Positions 1-8,721 of a DNA stretch of 37,527 nucleotides are shown here, one piece after another. The notes under the pieces were generated by a model that worked only from the letters and a program-made list of their open reading frames with translations, made no database searches and was not told where the DNA came from. The translations under genes were made by a program, and so were the position numbers. The DNA is from Gemmatimonadota bacterium (lineage in GTDB: Bacteria; Gemmatimonadota; Gemmatimonadetes; Palauibacterales; Palauibacteraceae), in the NCBI GenBank assembly GCA_022360695.1, contig JAKSCH010000050.1, forward strand, positions 1-37,527, given 5' to 3'. Position 1 is the stretch's first letter. Each line of letters begins with the position of its first letter.

Positions 1-853
1 CGAGCTCGGAGCGGGTCAGACCCCCGCCGCCCCCCTCGCGCCGGCCGCGGCGACCTCCGAGCTCGTGGAGGCCACCTCCGCGCTCGGGGAAGGGCCCTCG
101 GCGCTTCGATCGTGGACCGAATTGGCTCGTATGGTGCGCACCTACCGATACGGCGTGATGGAGGCCCACCTGTATCCGTTTCCATGGGGGGCCGCGAACG
201 CCGTCTATCACGTCGGTACCCTCGGGCTGGCCATCATCGGCTGGCTGATATGGCTCAGAACCAAGTGGCGTAGCTTCGCGTTGCTGTTCACCGGGGCGTA
301 CGCTTCGATGCTGCTGGTCGCCCCCGTTTGGGCCGGTCGCTACGTCTGGCTCGTCCACCCGGTGCTGGCCATGGGGTTGGTGTCGGGTCTGTCGTGGGCC
401 GTCGGGTTCTTGCGACCGGGCGTGTCGCCGGGTCGGCGCGCGTTCGTCGGCGGTCTCTTGATCTCGGGACTCGTGGCGGGGGCGACCTGGAGCGCGGCCG
501 CACGGAGCCTCGCGGCCCGTCCACCCGACGCGGATGCATGGCGATCGATCGGCTCCGCGTTGCAGAGCGAAGACCCGCGGGCGCGCGTCGCGTCGAACCG
601 GCCGCGCAAGCTGACGTGGTACTCCGGCGTGCCGGCGATGGGGGTCGTTCCGAGACGACCGGGGGTCTGGCTCGCCGAGATGGAGCGACTCGGCGTGTCC
701 CACGTGGTGATCGACACGTCGGTCGCGGATCGCTGGCTACCGGGCATTCGCGACAGCCTGGCGACCTATCCGGAGTACTTCCCTCGGCTGCGCAGCATCG
801 ACGTGCTCGTGGTGCACGGGGTCAGACAGCCCGAGGGGTCGCCTACGCCGTGA
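1..853 (+). CDS. Partial (5'-truncated) multi-pass membrane protein, probable GT-C/ArnT-PMT-like glycosyltransferase C-terminal part
   Basis: The frame is open from the window edge (ORF track starts at 65). Several hydrophobic helices, a 'WAGRYVWLVHP' RY-type loop and a soluble C-terminal domain resemble GT-C glycosyltransferases. The family call is by resemblance only. Confidence 0.5.
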   Translation, partial: ELGAGQTPAAPLAPAAATSELVEATSALGEGPSALRSWTELARMVRTYRYGVMEAHLYPFPWGAANAVYHVGTLGLAIIGWLIWLRTKWRSFALLFTGAYASMLLVAPVWAGRYVWLVHPVLAMGLVSGLSWAVGFLRPGVSPGRRAFVGGLLISGLVAGATWSAAARSLAARPPDADAWRSIGSALQSEDPRARVASNRPRKLTWYSGVPAMGVVPRRPGVWLAEMERLGVSHVVIDTSVADRWLPGIRDSLATYPEYFPRLRSIDVLVVHGVRQPEGSPTP

Positions 854-957
854 ATCGCGCCGGGCACCGCGCTCGCGTCGATCGCGACGAAACACGTTGA
901 TCCCCGCTTGATCGCCTCCGGTACGCTGGACCGTCGGTTCAGCGAGGGAGGTGGGCG

Positions 958-1614
958 TTGTGGGACCTGAACCAAGCGGAGCGAAAGGCGCTTCGGAGCG
1001 CGGTGTGTCTGATCGGCCTCGGGCTGATCGGTCGCACCGCGCTCGTACCCTCCCCCGGCGTCGTCGGGTCGGATCGGCCGGGCGGTGCCCGGGCGACGCT
1101 GGTCGAGACGTCCGCCGCGGTTCAAGAGGCGCTCGAGCTCGAGCAGCGAGCGCAAACGCCGCTCGAGGATGGCGAGCTTCTCGACCCCAACTCGGCAACC
1201 GAGGCGGACCTACGGCGGCTGCCCGGCGTCGGGCCGGGGCTCGCGGCCGCGATCGTGCGCGAGCGCGCCCGGGCGTTATTCGTCGACCCGAAGGACCTGG
1301 AGCGTGTGCCCGGGATCGGTCGAGTCACGGCCGAGCGCCTCACCCCCCACCTGGCGTTTCGAGCTCGGCGGGCGTCGTCGTCGATCGCGGTGGGGGGCTG
1401 CGGCTCGGGCCACGAGCGAGTGGACATCAACGCCGCTCCGCGCTCCGAGCTGGAGCAGCTCCCCGGCATCGGACCGGTCCTCGCGGATCGCGTCATCGAG
1501 CACCGGGGGCGGGTCGGACCCTTCAGGACCCCGAGCGAGTTGTTGGCCGTGCGCGGGATCGGTCCTTCCGTGCTCGAGCGGTTGGCCGGTCACGTATGTG
1601 CGGAAAACCCATGA
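958..1614 (+). CDS. comEA: ComEA-family DNA-binding competence protein (two helix-hairpin-helix modules)
   Basis: N-terminal hydrophobic anchor, then two HhH modules (DPNSATEADLRRLPGVGPGLA...RVPGIG; VDINAAPRSELEQLPGIGPVLA...VRGIGP). GGGAGG RBS upstream. Confidence 0.88.
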   Translation: MWDLNQAERKALRSAVCLIGLGLIGRTALVPSPGVVGSDRPGGARATLVETSAAVQEALELEQRAQTPLEDGELLDPNSATEADLRRLPGVGPGLAAAIVRERARALFVDPKDLERVPGIGRVTAERLTPHLAFRARRASSSIAVGGCGSGHERVDINAAPRSELEQLPGIGPVLADRVIEHRGRVGPFRTPSELLAVRGIGPSVLERLAGHVCAENP

Positions 1615-1720
1615 GTTACGGGGCCTGCGAGAGGCATGCTTCTTGACTCCCCCGGCGTCGGCGTGGGGCCGGTGTCGCGGCCCCAGGGCAGAACCGCGAC
1701 CTGTGCCCAGGTGGGCTCAC

Positions 1721-3481
1721 ATGACCGTCGACCCACAGATGCTCGAGCAAGCCGAGATCGCGTTCGACGCGGCGGGGTTGACCGTCGGAGAGCGCAAGAT
1801 CATCCAGCGCTTGCTCTCCGACGGGCTGATCACGACGGCCGATCTCGACAAGGCGCGAGGCGAACAGCGCAATTCGGGGATGCGTATCGGCTATTGCCTC
1901 GTGTCGCTGGGCATCGTCCCCGAGAACGACTATACGCGCGTGGCCGGTCATGCGTACGGCGTCCCCGCTATCGACCTGTCACAAGTGACGTTGGAGGAAA
2001 AGGTCCTTTCGCTGATCCCGGCGGATTTTGCAAGCAAGCACCTCGTTTTGCCGCTTCGCCGTATGGGCCGGACGCTCACCGTCGCCATGGCGGAACCGAC
2101 CGACCTCAACGTCGTCGATGATCTGAAGTTCATCACCCGGTTCGACATCGAGCCGGTCGTGGCCGGCGAATACACGCTTCGTCAGTCGATCGACAAGAAC
2201 TACGAGGTCGCGCACGGGAAGCTCGGCGAGCTGCTGAGCGAGCTCGAGGAACAGGACGTCGAGCTCGTCGAGGAGGCCGATACCGACGCGGCGGAGGAAG
2301 TCGCGCTGCGAGAGGTCGAGGACGAGCCCGTCGTGAAGCTCATCAACGGGATCCTCGGCGACGCGGTGCGGCGAGGCGCCTCCGACATCCACGTCGAGCC
2401 CTACGAGCGCGAGCTGCGCGTGCGGTACCGGATCGACGGCGCGCTCCAGGAGATCATGCAGCCGCCGCCCCGCATGCGGGCCGCGCTCACTTCGCGGCTG
2501 AAGATCCTAGCCGATTTGAACATCGCGGAACGGCGCGTCCCGCAGGACGGCCGGATCAAGATGAAGATCGGGAAGAAAGTCATCGACTTCCGCGTCTCCA
2601 CGCTTCCGACGCTGTTCGGGGAGAAGATCGTGCTTCGGATCCTCGACAAGGGGAACCTGGCGTTCGATCTCGAGACCTTCGGGATGGAGCCTAGCGCGGA
2701 GCAGTCGTTTCTCGACGCGATCGCCAATCCGTACGGGATGGTGCTCGTCACGGGACCGACCGGGTCGGGGAAAACGACGACCCTCTACAGCGCACTCAGC
2801 CGGATCAACACGGACGAGGTCAACATCATGACCGCCGAGGATCCGGTCGAGTACAACCTGCGCGGGATCAACCAGGTCCAGGTGCGGAACGAGATCGGCT
2901 TGACGTTCGCGTCGGCGCTGAAGGCGTTCCTGCGGCAGGATCCGAACGTCGTGATGGTCGGTGAGATTCGCGACCTTGAAACCGGCGGTATCGCGGTCAA
3001 GGCCGCGCTTACCGGTCATTTGGTGCTTTCGACGCTCCACACGAACGACGCCGCGTCGACGATCACTCGCATGGTCGACATGGGGATCGAGCCGTTCAAC
3101 GTGTCGGCCGCCGTCAACCTCATCACGGCGCAGCGACTCGTCAGGAGGATCTGCACCAACTGCAAGGTGGAAACGAGCTATCTGCCCGAGGTCCTGCGAT
3201 CGGCCGGGATCAAAGGGTCCGAGGTCGACGACTACGTCTTCTATCGGGGCGAGGGTTGTGACTCGTGCGGAGGCTCGGGCTACGCCGGTCGACAGGGGCT
3301 CTACGAGGTGCTGGCCATGTCGCCCGCGATCCGGCGCATGGTGCTCACGGGCGAGTCCACGGCCGACATCAAGGCCCAGGCCGTCGAGGAAGGTCTGATC
3401 ACGCTCCGCGCCGACGGCCTGCTCAAGGTGAAGCGTGGCATCACGACGCTCGACGAAGTGATCAAGGAGACGGCGGCCTAA
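1721..3481 (+). CDS. pilB: Type IV pilus assembly ATPase PilB
   Basis: GspE/PilB N-terminal domain, Walker A GPTGSGKTT, AEDPVE, LRQDPNVVMVGEIRD, and tetracysteine CTNC/CDSC. Start moved to the in-frame ATG at 1721 because the upstream part of the 798-aa ORF overlaps comEA. Confidence 0.95.
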   Translation: MTVDPQMLEQAEIAFDAAGLTVGERKIIQRLLSDGLITTADLDKARGEQRNSGMRIGYCLVSLGIVPENDYTRVAGHAYGVPAIDLSQVTLEEKVLSLIPADFASKHLVLPLRRMGRTLTVAMAEPTDLNVVDDLKFITRFDIEPVVAGEYTLRQSIDKNYEVAHGKLGELLSELEEQDVELVEEADTDAAEEVALREVEDEPVVKLINGILGDAVRRGASDIHVEPYERELRVRYRIDGALQEIMQPPPRMRAALTSRLKILADLNIAERRVPQDGRIKMKIGKKVIDFRVSTLPTLFGEKIVLRILDKGNLAFDLETFGMEPSAEQSFLDAIANPYGMVLVTGPTGSGKTTTLYSALSRINTDEVNIMTAEDPVEYNLRGINQVQVRNEIGLTFASALKAFLRQDPNVVMVGEIRDLETGGIAVKAALTGHLVLSTLHTNDAASTITRMVDMGIEPFNVSAAVNLITAQRLVRRICTNCKVETSYLPEVLRSAGIKGSEVDDYVFYRGEGCDSCGGSGYAGRQGLYEVLAMSPAIRRMVLTGESTADIKAQAVEEGLITLRADGLLKVKRGITTLDEVIKETAA

Positions 3482-3535
3482 GCCGTCCACGAGAAAAGCG
3501 TCGGCCGATCGCGCCACGCCCCACAGAGAGGATCG

Positions 3536-4636
3536 ATGGAGACACCCAACACGACCACGGTCAGCCTTCGAGCGCTTCTCGACGAGATGATCAAGCGAGG
3601 CGCGTCGGATCTCCATCTGACTGTGGGCGAGCGACCGAAATTCCGCGTCGACGGTCAGCTGACCGACGCTTCGGTCGATGCGATTCTGCGGCCCAAGGAT
3701 ACCATGGCGCTCGGCTACTCCGTGCTGACAGAACAGCAAAAGAAGCGCTTCGAGCAGGAAGACGAGCTCGACTTCAGCTTCTCGATCGAAAACGTATCTC
3801 GATTCCGTGCGAACCTGTTCAAGCAACGGGGCAGCATCGGCTGCGCGATCCGTCAGATTCCGTTCGAGATCAAGAGCTTCCATGAGCTCGGCGTGCCGCC
3901 GATCATCGCAAAGCTCGCCGAGAAGCCCCGAGGCCTCGTCCTCGTGACCGGACCGACCGGCTCCGGTAAGTCGACGACCCTTGCCGCAATGGTCGACAAG
4001 ATCAACACCGAGCGGCAAGGGCACATCATGACGATCGAAGATCCGATCGAGTTCGTGCACTTCCACAAGGGCTGCGTGGTGAACCAGCGCGAGGTCGGGT
4101 CCGACACGAGGAGCTTCCCGACCGCGCTCAAGTACGTGCTTCGACAAGATCCGGATGTGATCCTCATCGGTGAGATGCGTGACCTGGAAACGATTCAGGC
4201 TGCCCTGACGATCGCGGAAACCGGTCACTTGGCGTTCGCGACGCTGCACACGAACTCCGCGGCCGAGTCGATCAACCGTGTGATCGACGTGTTTCCAGCT
4301 CATCAACAAGAGCAGGTGCGGGCGCAACTGGCGTTCGTGCTCGAGGGCGTGGTCACGCAAACGCTCCTTCCAAAAGCGAGCGGCAAGGGTCGCGTGGTGG
4401 CGACGGAGATTCTGGTCGCAACGCCCGCGATCCGCGCGCTGATCCGCGAGGAGAAGGTTCACCAGATCTACTCCGCGATGCAGGCCGGCAAGAAGTTCGG
4501 TATGCAGACGCTGAACGACTCGCTCTATCAGCTCTACGTGCAGCGTCAGGTCGCGCTCGAGGAGTGCCTGCGCGTGTCCTCGGATCCGACCGAGTTCAAA
4601 CGGATGGTCGGGGCGCCGGTGCAGGCGGCCGGCTGA
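3536..4636 (+). CDS. pilT: Type IV pilus retraction ATPase PilT
   Basis: GASDLHL, GPTGSGKSTT, IEDPIEF, LRQDPDVILIGEMRD, AIRALIRE (AIRNLIRE box) and GMQTL. Confidence 0.96.
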   Translation: METPNTTTVSLRALLDEMIKRGASDLHLTVGERPKFRVDGQLTDASVDAILRPKDTMALGYSVLTEQQKKRFEQEDELDFSFSIENVSRFRANLFKQRGSIGCAIRQIPFEIKSFHELGVPPIIAKLAEKPRGLVLVTGPTGSGKSTTLAAMVDKINTERQGHIMTIEDPIEFVHFHKGCVVNQREVGSDTRSFPTALKYVLRQDPDVILIGEMRDLETIQAALTIAETGHLAFATLHTNSAAESINRVIDVFPAHQQEQVRAQLAFVLEGVVTQTLLPKASGKGRVVATEILVATPAIRALIREEKVHQIYSAMQAGKKFGMQTLNDSLYQLYVQRQVALEECLRVSSDPTEFKRMVGAPVQAAG

Positions 4637-4821
4637 ACCGACCGGGGGAGAGCGCGGCATCCGGGGCGTCCGGTCGAGTCACCGGACACGGCCGATCGCG
4701 GACGACATCGCGTTTCGCGACCGAGGGACCGGCTTCGCACAAGCGGAGTGCCGCGGCGCGAGAGCCCGGCAAACGCATGCTCGACCGTCGTTTGCGGCGC
4801 GGCGCGTCGATAGGGGAGCCT

Positions 4822-4837
4822 GGGCACCGGGCTTGCA
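4822..4837 (+). promoter_or_regulatory. Putative sigma54 (-24/-12) promoter for pilC
   Basis: GGGCACCGGGCTTGCA gives GG-N10-GC with CAC and TTGCA, close to the consensus TGGCAC-N5-TTGCW. It lies in the pilT-pilC intergenic region. Confidence 0.6.
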
Positions 4838-4970
4838 AGCGAGGTGCGTGACTTCGCGGTAGCGGAGACGAGTGCTAAGACCGGCCGCCGGCGGTCGACT
4901 GGGTGGATGACGTGTGGGGGCTGGCGGCCGGTCTTTCTCATCCTGATCAGGAAGAACGGGGAGAACTTCG

Positions 4971-6170
4971 ATGCCCGTCTGGACGTACAGCGCTCGAAGC
5001 GTTGCCGGCGATATTCGCCGGGCCGAGGTCGACCTACCCTCGAAGGACCACGTAATCGCGTATCTGCGTAAGCAGAAGCTGATCCCGGTCTCGGTACGCG
5101 AAAAACCCAAAGAGATCTCGTTCGGACAGCGCAAAAAGGTCAAGTCACGCGACATCGTGATCTTTACGCGCCAGTTCTCGACGATGATCAACGCCGGTCT
5201 ACCGCTCGTACAGGCGTTGGACATCTTGGCGAGGCAGACCGACAACGAAGTTCTGAAGAAGGCGATTCAGGAGACGCTGTACGATGTCGAGGCGGGGAAT
5301 ACACTCGCCGACGCGCTGCGGCAGCACCCGAAGATCTTTTCGAATCTCTACGTGAATATGGTGGCGGCCGGTGAATCCGGCGGTCTCCTCGACACGATTC
5401 TGCTTCGCCTGGCGACCTTCCTCGAGAAGAGCGAACAGCTCCAACGGAAGGTGAAAGGGGCGATGATCTACCCCGGCGTCGTGCTCAGCGTCGCCGTGAT
5501 GGCCATCGCGATCTTGCTGCTGTTCGTCATCCCGACCTTCGAGTCGGTGTTCTCTAGCTTCGGTCAGGTTCTGCCGCTGCCCACGCGGATGGTGATCGCG
5601 CTGTCGAACATCCTCCAGTCGTACTGGTGGGTGATCCTCGGATCGATGGGCATCGGGTTCTTCATCTTCCGTCGTTGGGTCGCGACCGAGACGGGGCGGT
5701 TGCAATTCGACCGATTGCTGCTGCGCATCCCCGTGCTCGGCTCCTTGGTGCGGAAAGCGGCTGTTTCGCGCTTTACGCGGACGTTGGGCACCATGCTCTC
5801 CTCGGGCGTCACGATCCTGGACGGACTCGAGATCACGGCTCGGACGTCGGGCAACCGGGTGATCCACGACGCGGTGATGGAGAGCCGTTCCGCGATCGCC
5901 GGCGGTAAGTCGATCGCCGAGCCGCTCAAGGAGAGTGAAGTGTTCCCGCCGATGGTCACGCAGATGATCCACGTCGGTGAGGAGACCGGTGACCTCGATG
6001 GGATGCTGGCGAAGATCGCCGACTTCTACGACGACGAGGTCGACGTGGCCGTCGAGAACCTGCTCAAGGTGCTCGAGCCGGCGTTGATCGTGATCCTGGG
6101 AACCGTCGTCGGTGGGATGATCGTAGCCATGTATCTTCCGATCTTCAGCCTCGTCAACGCGATCCAGTAG
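4971..6170 (+). CDS. pilC: Type IV pilus inner-membrane platform protein PilC (T2SS F family)
   Basis: FTRQFSTMINAGLPL, MVAAGESGG, KVKGAMIYP, GEETGDLDGML and AMYLPIF motifs. It follows pilB-pilT. Confidence 0.95.
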   Translation: MPVWTYSARSVAGDIRRAEVDLPSKDHVIAYLRKQKLIPVSVREKPKEISFGQRKKVKSRDIVIFTRQFSTMINAGLPLVQALDILARQTDNEVLKKAIQETLYDVEAGNTLADALRQHPKIFSNLYVNMVAAGESGGLLDTILLRLATFLEKSEQLQRKVKGAMIYPGVVLSVAVMAIAILLLFVIPTFESVFSSFGQVLPLPTRMVIALSNILQSYWWVILGSMGIGFFIFRRWVATETGRLQFDRLLLRIPVLGSLVRKAAVSRFTRTLGTMLSSGVTILDGLEITARTSGNRVIHDAVMESRSAIAGGKSIAEPLKESEVFPPMVTQMIHVGEETGDLDGMLAKIADFYDDEVDVAVENLLKVLEPALIVILGTVVGGMIVAMYLPIFSLVNAIQ

Positions 6171-6252
6171 CGTTCGCCGTCTCGGGCGAGCGACCACGCA
6201 CGAGGGCGGTTCGTGGAGCGGGTCGCGCCGTCCCGGTCGTCTCGATCGACCG

Positions 6253-6406
6253 GCCCGGCCTGGCGAGGTGGCCGGCGCAAGGGGGGCGTGCGGTCGATCC
6301 GTCGTCTCTCCTCCTCGAAGTAGGGCTGCCACTCCTTCGTCGTCGCTCCTAGGCCGAACCGCACGAGACCCTGCGCGCGATCCGCCGGGGTTCTTCCGCA
6401 GCCTGC
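6253..6406 (-). repeat. Degenerate solo half-copy of the structured palindromic element
   Basis: 6296-6406 aligns with 27026-27136 (88 of 112 columns identical by manual alignment), with weaker similarity back to 6253/26985. It contains the conserved core at 6301-6351 on the minus strand. Confidence 0.8.
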
Positions 6407-6545
6407 TGCGGTCTGCAACGTGTGCAAGAGCCTGAAGCGCTTTGCACCGAGCGGGAAGCGGACGGACCTCGCGCGTCCCGGTCTCCGGAGTCGTAAGAGG
6501 TTGGCTCAGATCGCATTGAGCACGGCGCGCCGGAGCGATCGACGG

Positions 6546-6561
6546 GGGCTCGATAGTTGCG
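6546..6561 (+). promoter_or_regulatory. Putative sigma54 promoter for minor pilin operon 1
   Basis: GGGCTCGATAGTTGCG gives GG-N10-GC with TTGC. A TGCAACGTGTGCA dyad lies about 130 bp upstream, near 6414-6426. Confidence 0.5.
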
Positions 6562-6687
6562 AATTCGACATCGTTCGATCGGCCGAATCACCAGACCCGA
6601 TCGACCGATTCGAAAGATGGCGGGGACGATCCCGGAGGATCGGGAGATCCGAGCACGGAGGCGCCGGCGCGCGTGAGGGATTCCGAG

Positions 6688-7323
6688 ATGAGACGAACGG
6701 ACGGACGGACGTTACACGTCCGCTCCACGATGGGAGAGCGACGCGAGGCGGGCTTCACGCTCGTCGAGATGCTCATCGTGATGACGTTGGTGGGCACTGC
6801 GGTCGGCTTCAGCATCGAAGGCTTTCGGAACTTCCGCGAGCAGCAGCGCGCCAAGTCCAGCACCGTCGAGCTCGTGACCGTGCTGAACATGGCCAAGTCG
6901 AGGGCCGTCTCGATGAACGAGATGATCATCGTCGACTTCGCGCCGGGCGCGCTCAGTCCGACCGTCGACGCGTTCTATGAGGTCTATCTCGACATCAACG
7001 ACAACTTCACGCGCGACAGCGGCGAAGTCATCGCGGCGAATCTCGCGAACGCGACGTCAAACGGCAGCATCGTCGGCTACCAATTGGGTGCCGAGATGCT
7101 CTTCGGACAGCCGAGCGGAACCTCGAGCGGACCGCTCGGCATCCCGACGACCGTCGACGGCGTCACCTTCACGAACAACGAGATCGCTTTCTTCCCCGAC
7201 GGCACTGCGTTCGAGGCCGGACTTCTGACCTTCATGGATCCCGAAGAGCGCACGTACGGCGTAACCGTCACCGCCGGTGGGGCCATCCGAATGTACCGAT
7301 GGACCGGCTCCGTATGGCAATGA
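6688..7323 (+). CDS. FimT/FimU (GspH-like) minor pilin
   Basis: Class III signal peptide EAG|FTLVEMLIVMTLVG, 'LNMAKSRAVS' helix and C-terminal 'IAFFPDG...VTVTAGGAIR'. Start is uncertain (6673, 6688 or 6730). Confidence 0.85.
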   Translation: MRRTDGRTLHVRSTMGERREAGFTLVEMLIVMTLVGTAVGFSIEGFRNFREQQRAKSSTVELVTVLNMAKSRAVSMNEMIIVDFAPGALSPTVDAFYEVYLDINDNFTRDSGEVIAANLANATSNGSIVGYQLGAEMLFGQPSGTSSGPLGIPTTVDGVTFTNNEIAFFPDGTAFEAGLLTFMDPEERTYGVTVTAGGAIRMYRWTGSVWQ

Positions 7324-7736
7324 ACACGAGTCCAACTATGGAACGGAACGCGAAGCGCGGAAGCGAAGGCTTCACGCTCATCGAGGTCGGTGTGGCGGTC
7401 GCCCTGTTTTCGATCGTGCTCGTAGCTGCGGGGGGTATGCTCTCGGCGATTTCGACCGGGAACGCCCACACGCAAGTCAAGACGACCGGCACGTTCCACA
7501 TGCAGCGCCAAGTGGAGCAGCTGTACGAGACGGACTACGACTCGCTTCCCATGGGGAGCGCGCAGGCGGACACCACATTGCCCAACAGCGTGGTCTTACG
7601 CGCGTCATGGGTCGTTTCCGAACCGGTGGTCGACAAGCTCAAGCAAGTGGATCTCACGGTTCGCAGCCTGCCGAAGTTCCCCGGTGGCTACGAACGGGCG
7701 GTACGCCTGTTCATCGTCAACCGGGACCCTCCTTGA
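7320..7736 (+). CDS. PilV-like minor pilin
   Basis: SEG|FTLIEVGVAVALFSIVL prepilin motif. ATGA overlap with the upstream stop. Confidence 0.82.
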   Translation: MNTSPTMERNAKRGSEGFTLIEVGVAVALFSIVLVAAGGMLSAISTGNAHTQVKTTGTFHMQRQVEQLYETDYDSLPMGSAQADTTLPNSVVLRASWVVSEPVVDKLKQVDLTVRSLPKFPGGYERAVRLFIVNRDPP

Positions 7737-7779
7737 TTTGGAAAGCGAAGCGGTACTGCGCATAGAGGCGGACAAGCGA

Positions 7780-8661
7780 ATGAACCACGCACGAGCGAAA
7801 CGAGCGCGGGGGTTCACCCTCGTCGAGATGTTGATCGCACTCGTGATGTTCTCCGTGATCGGGCTCGCGGCCACGAACTTCATGATGAAGCAGAGTCAGT
7901 TCATGGGGCGAACCTCGGAGGTCGCTTCGGCCCAGCAGGGTGTTCGAGCGGCGGCGGATCGGATCGCCACGGACGTACGGGTCGTTGGTCAGGGGCTGAA
8001 CTTCTACCAGATCCAGCTCCCGGACATGATCGTTCCGAACGACGGCACGGTGGGGGTCAACGTGCACCAGTCGAACGCGATCAGTCTGATCGGGATTCCC
8101 GACCCGACCGACCCGTCGAACCAGCTCGCCATGGCGTCCGGCGTCGTCGGAAACGGCGATGTGGGTGACACGCAGATCACGGTCGACAGCACCGCGAACC
8201 TCACCGGTCTCGCGATTGGCGAGCGCCTGATCCTCTACGACCCGAACAGCGGCAACAGCCAGGTCGTGGCGCTGACGGGGATCGTCGGGTTCGATCTCCA
8301 GTTCACGGGCGACACGCTGATCTATCAGTTCCCGGCGGGCGGAACGACGCCGGCGCGCGCGATCAAGCTCAACGAGGTGCGGTACCGGCAGCGAACGGTG
8401 GGCGGTACGCCGTTCCTGGAGCGAAAGGTCAACCGGGACGCTTGGCAACGGTTCATCGATGGCATCGTCACGCTCGACTTCAAGTATTACGACCCGACCG
8501 GGACCGAGATGACCAGCATCACGACCAAGACGCAGCGTCGAAACATCCACGAGGTTCGTGTCGAGGTCGAAGGCATCCAGCTACGGCTGGGCTCGGGCGG
8601 TGAGAACCGGGCGCATGTGAAGTACAGATCGAGTGCCGTACCCAGGAACATGATTCCGTAG
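7780..8661 (+). CDS. PilW-like minor pilin
   Basis: ARG|FTLVEMLIALVMFSVIG, 'AQQGVRAAADRIATDVRVVG' and C-terminal 'PRN' are typical of PilW/GspJ-like proteins. Confidence 0.85.
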   Translation: MNHARAKRARGFTLVEMLIALVMFSVIGLAATNFMMKQSQFMGRTSEVASAQQGVRAAADRIATDVRVVGQGLNFYQIQLPDMIVPNDGTVGVNVHQSNAISLIGIPDPTDPSNQLAMASGVVGNGDVGDTQITVDSTANLTGLAIGERLILYDPNSGNSQVVALTGIVGFDLQFTGDTLIYQFPAGGTTPARAIKLNEVRYRQRTVGGTPFLERKVNRDAWQRFIDGIVTLDFKYYDPTGTEMTSITTKTQRRNIHEVRVEVEGIQLRLGSGGENRAHVKYRSSAVPRNMIP

Positions 8662-8721
8662 GCGCACGGACCGAAACGTGGGGAACGGTCGCTGTCGACC
8701 GAGGCCAGGAAGCTTGAGACT

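Noticed and set aside
1085-1720. 212-aa N-terminal extension of PilB in the ORF track
   Set aside because: It overlaps comEA in another frame and is Arg/Ser-rich nonsense. The real start is likely 1721.
2507-4660. 717-aa minus-strand ORF
   Set aside because: Antisense shadow of pilB/pilT caused by high-GC codon bias. No recognisable motifs.
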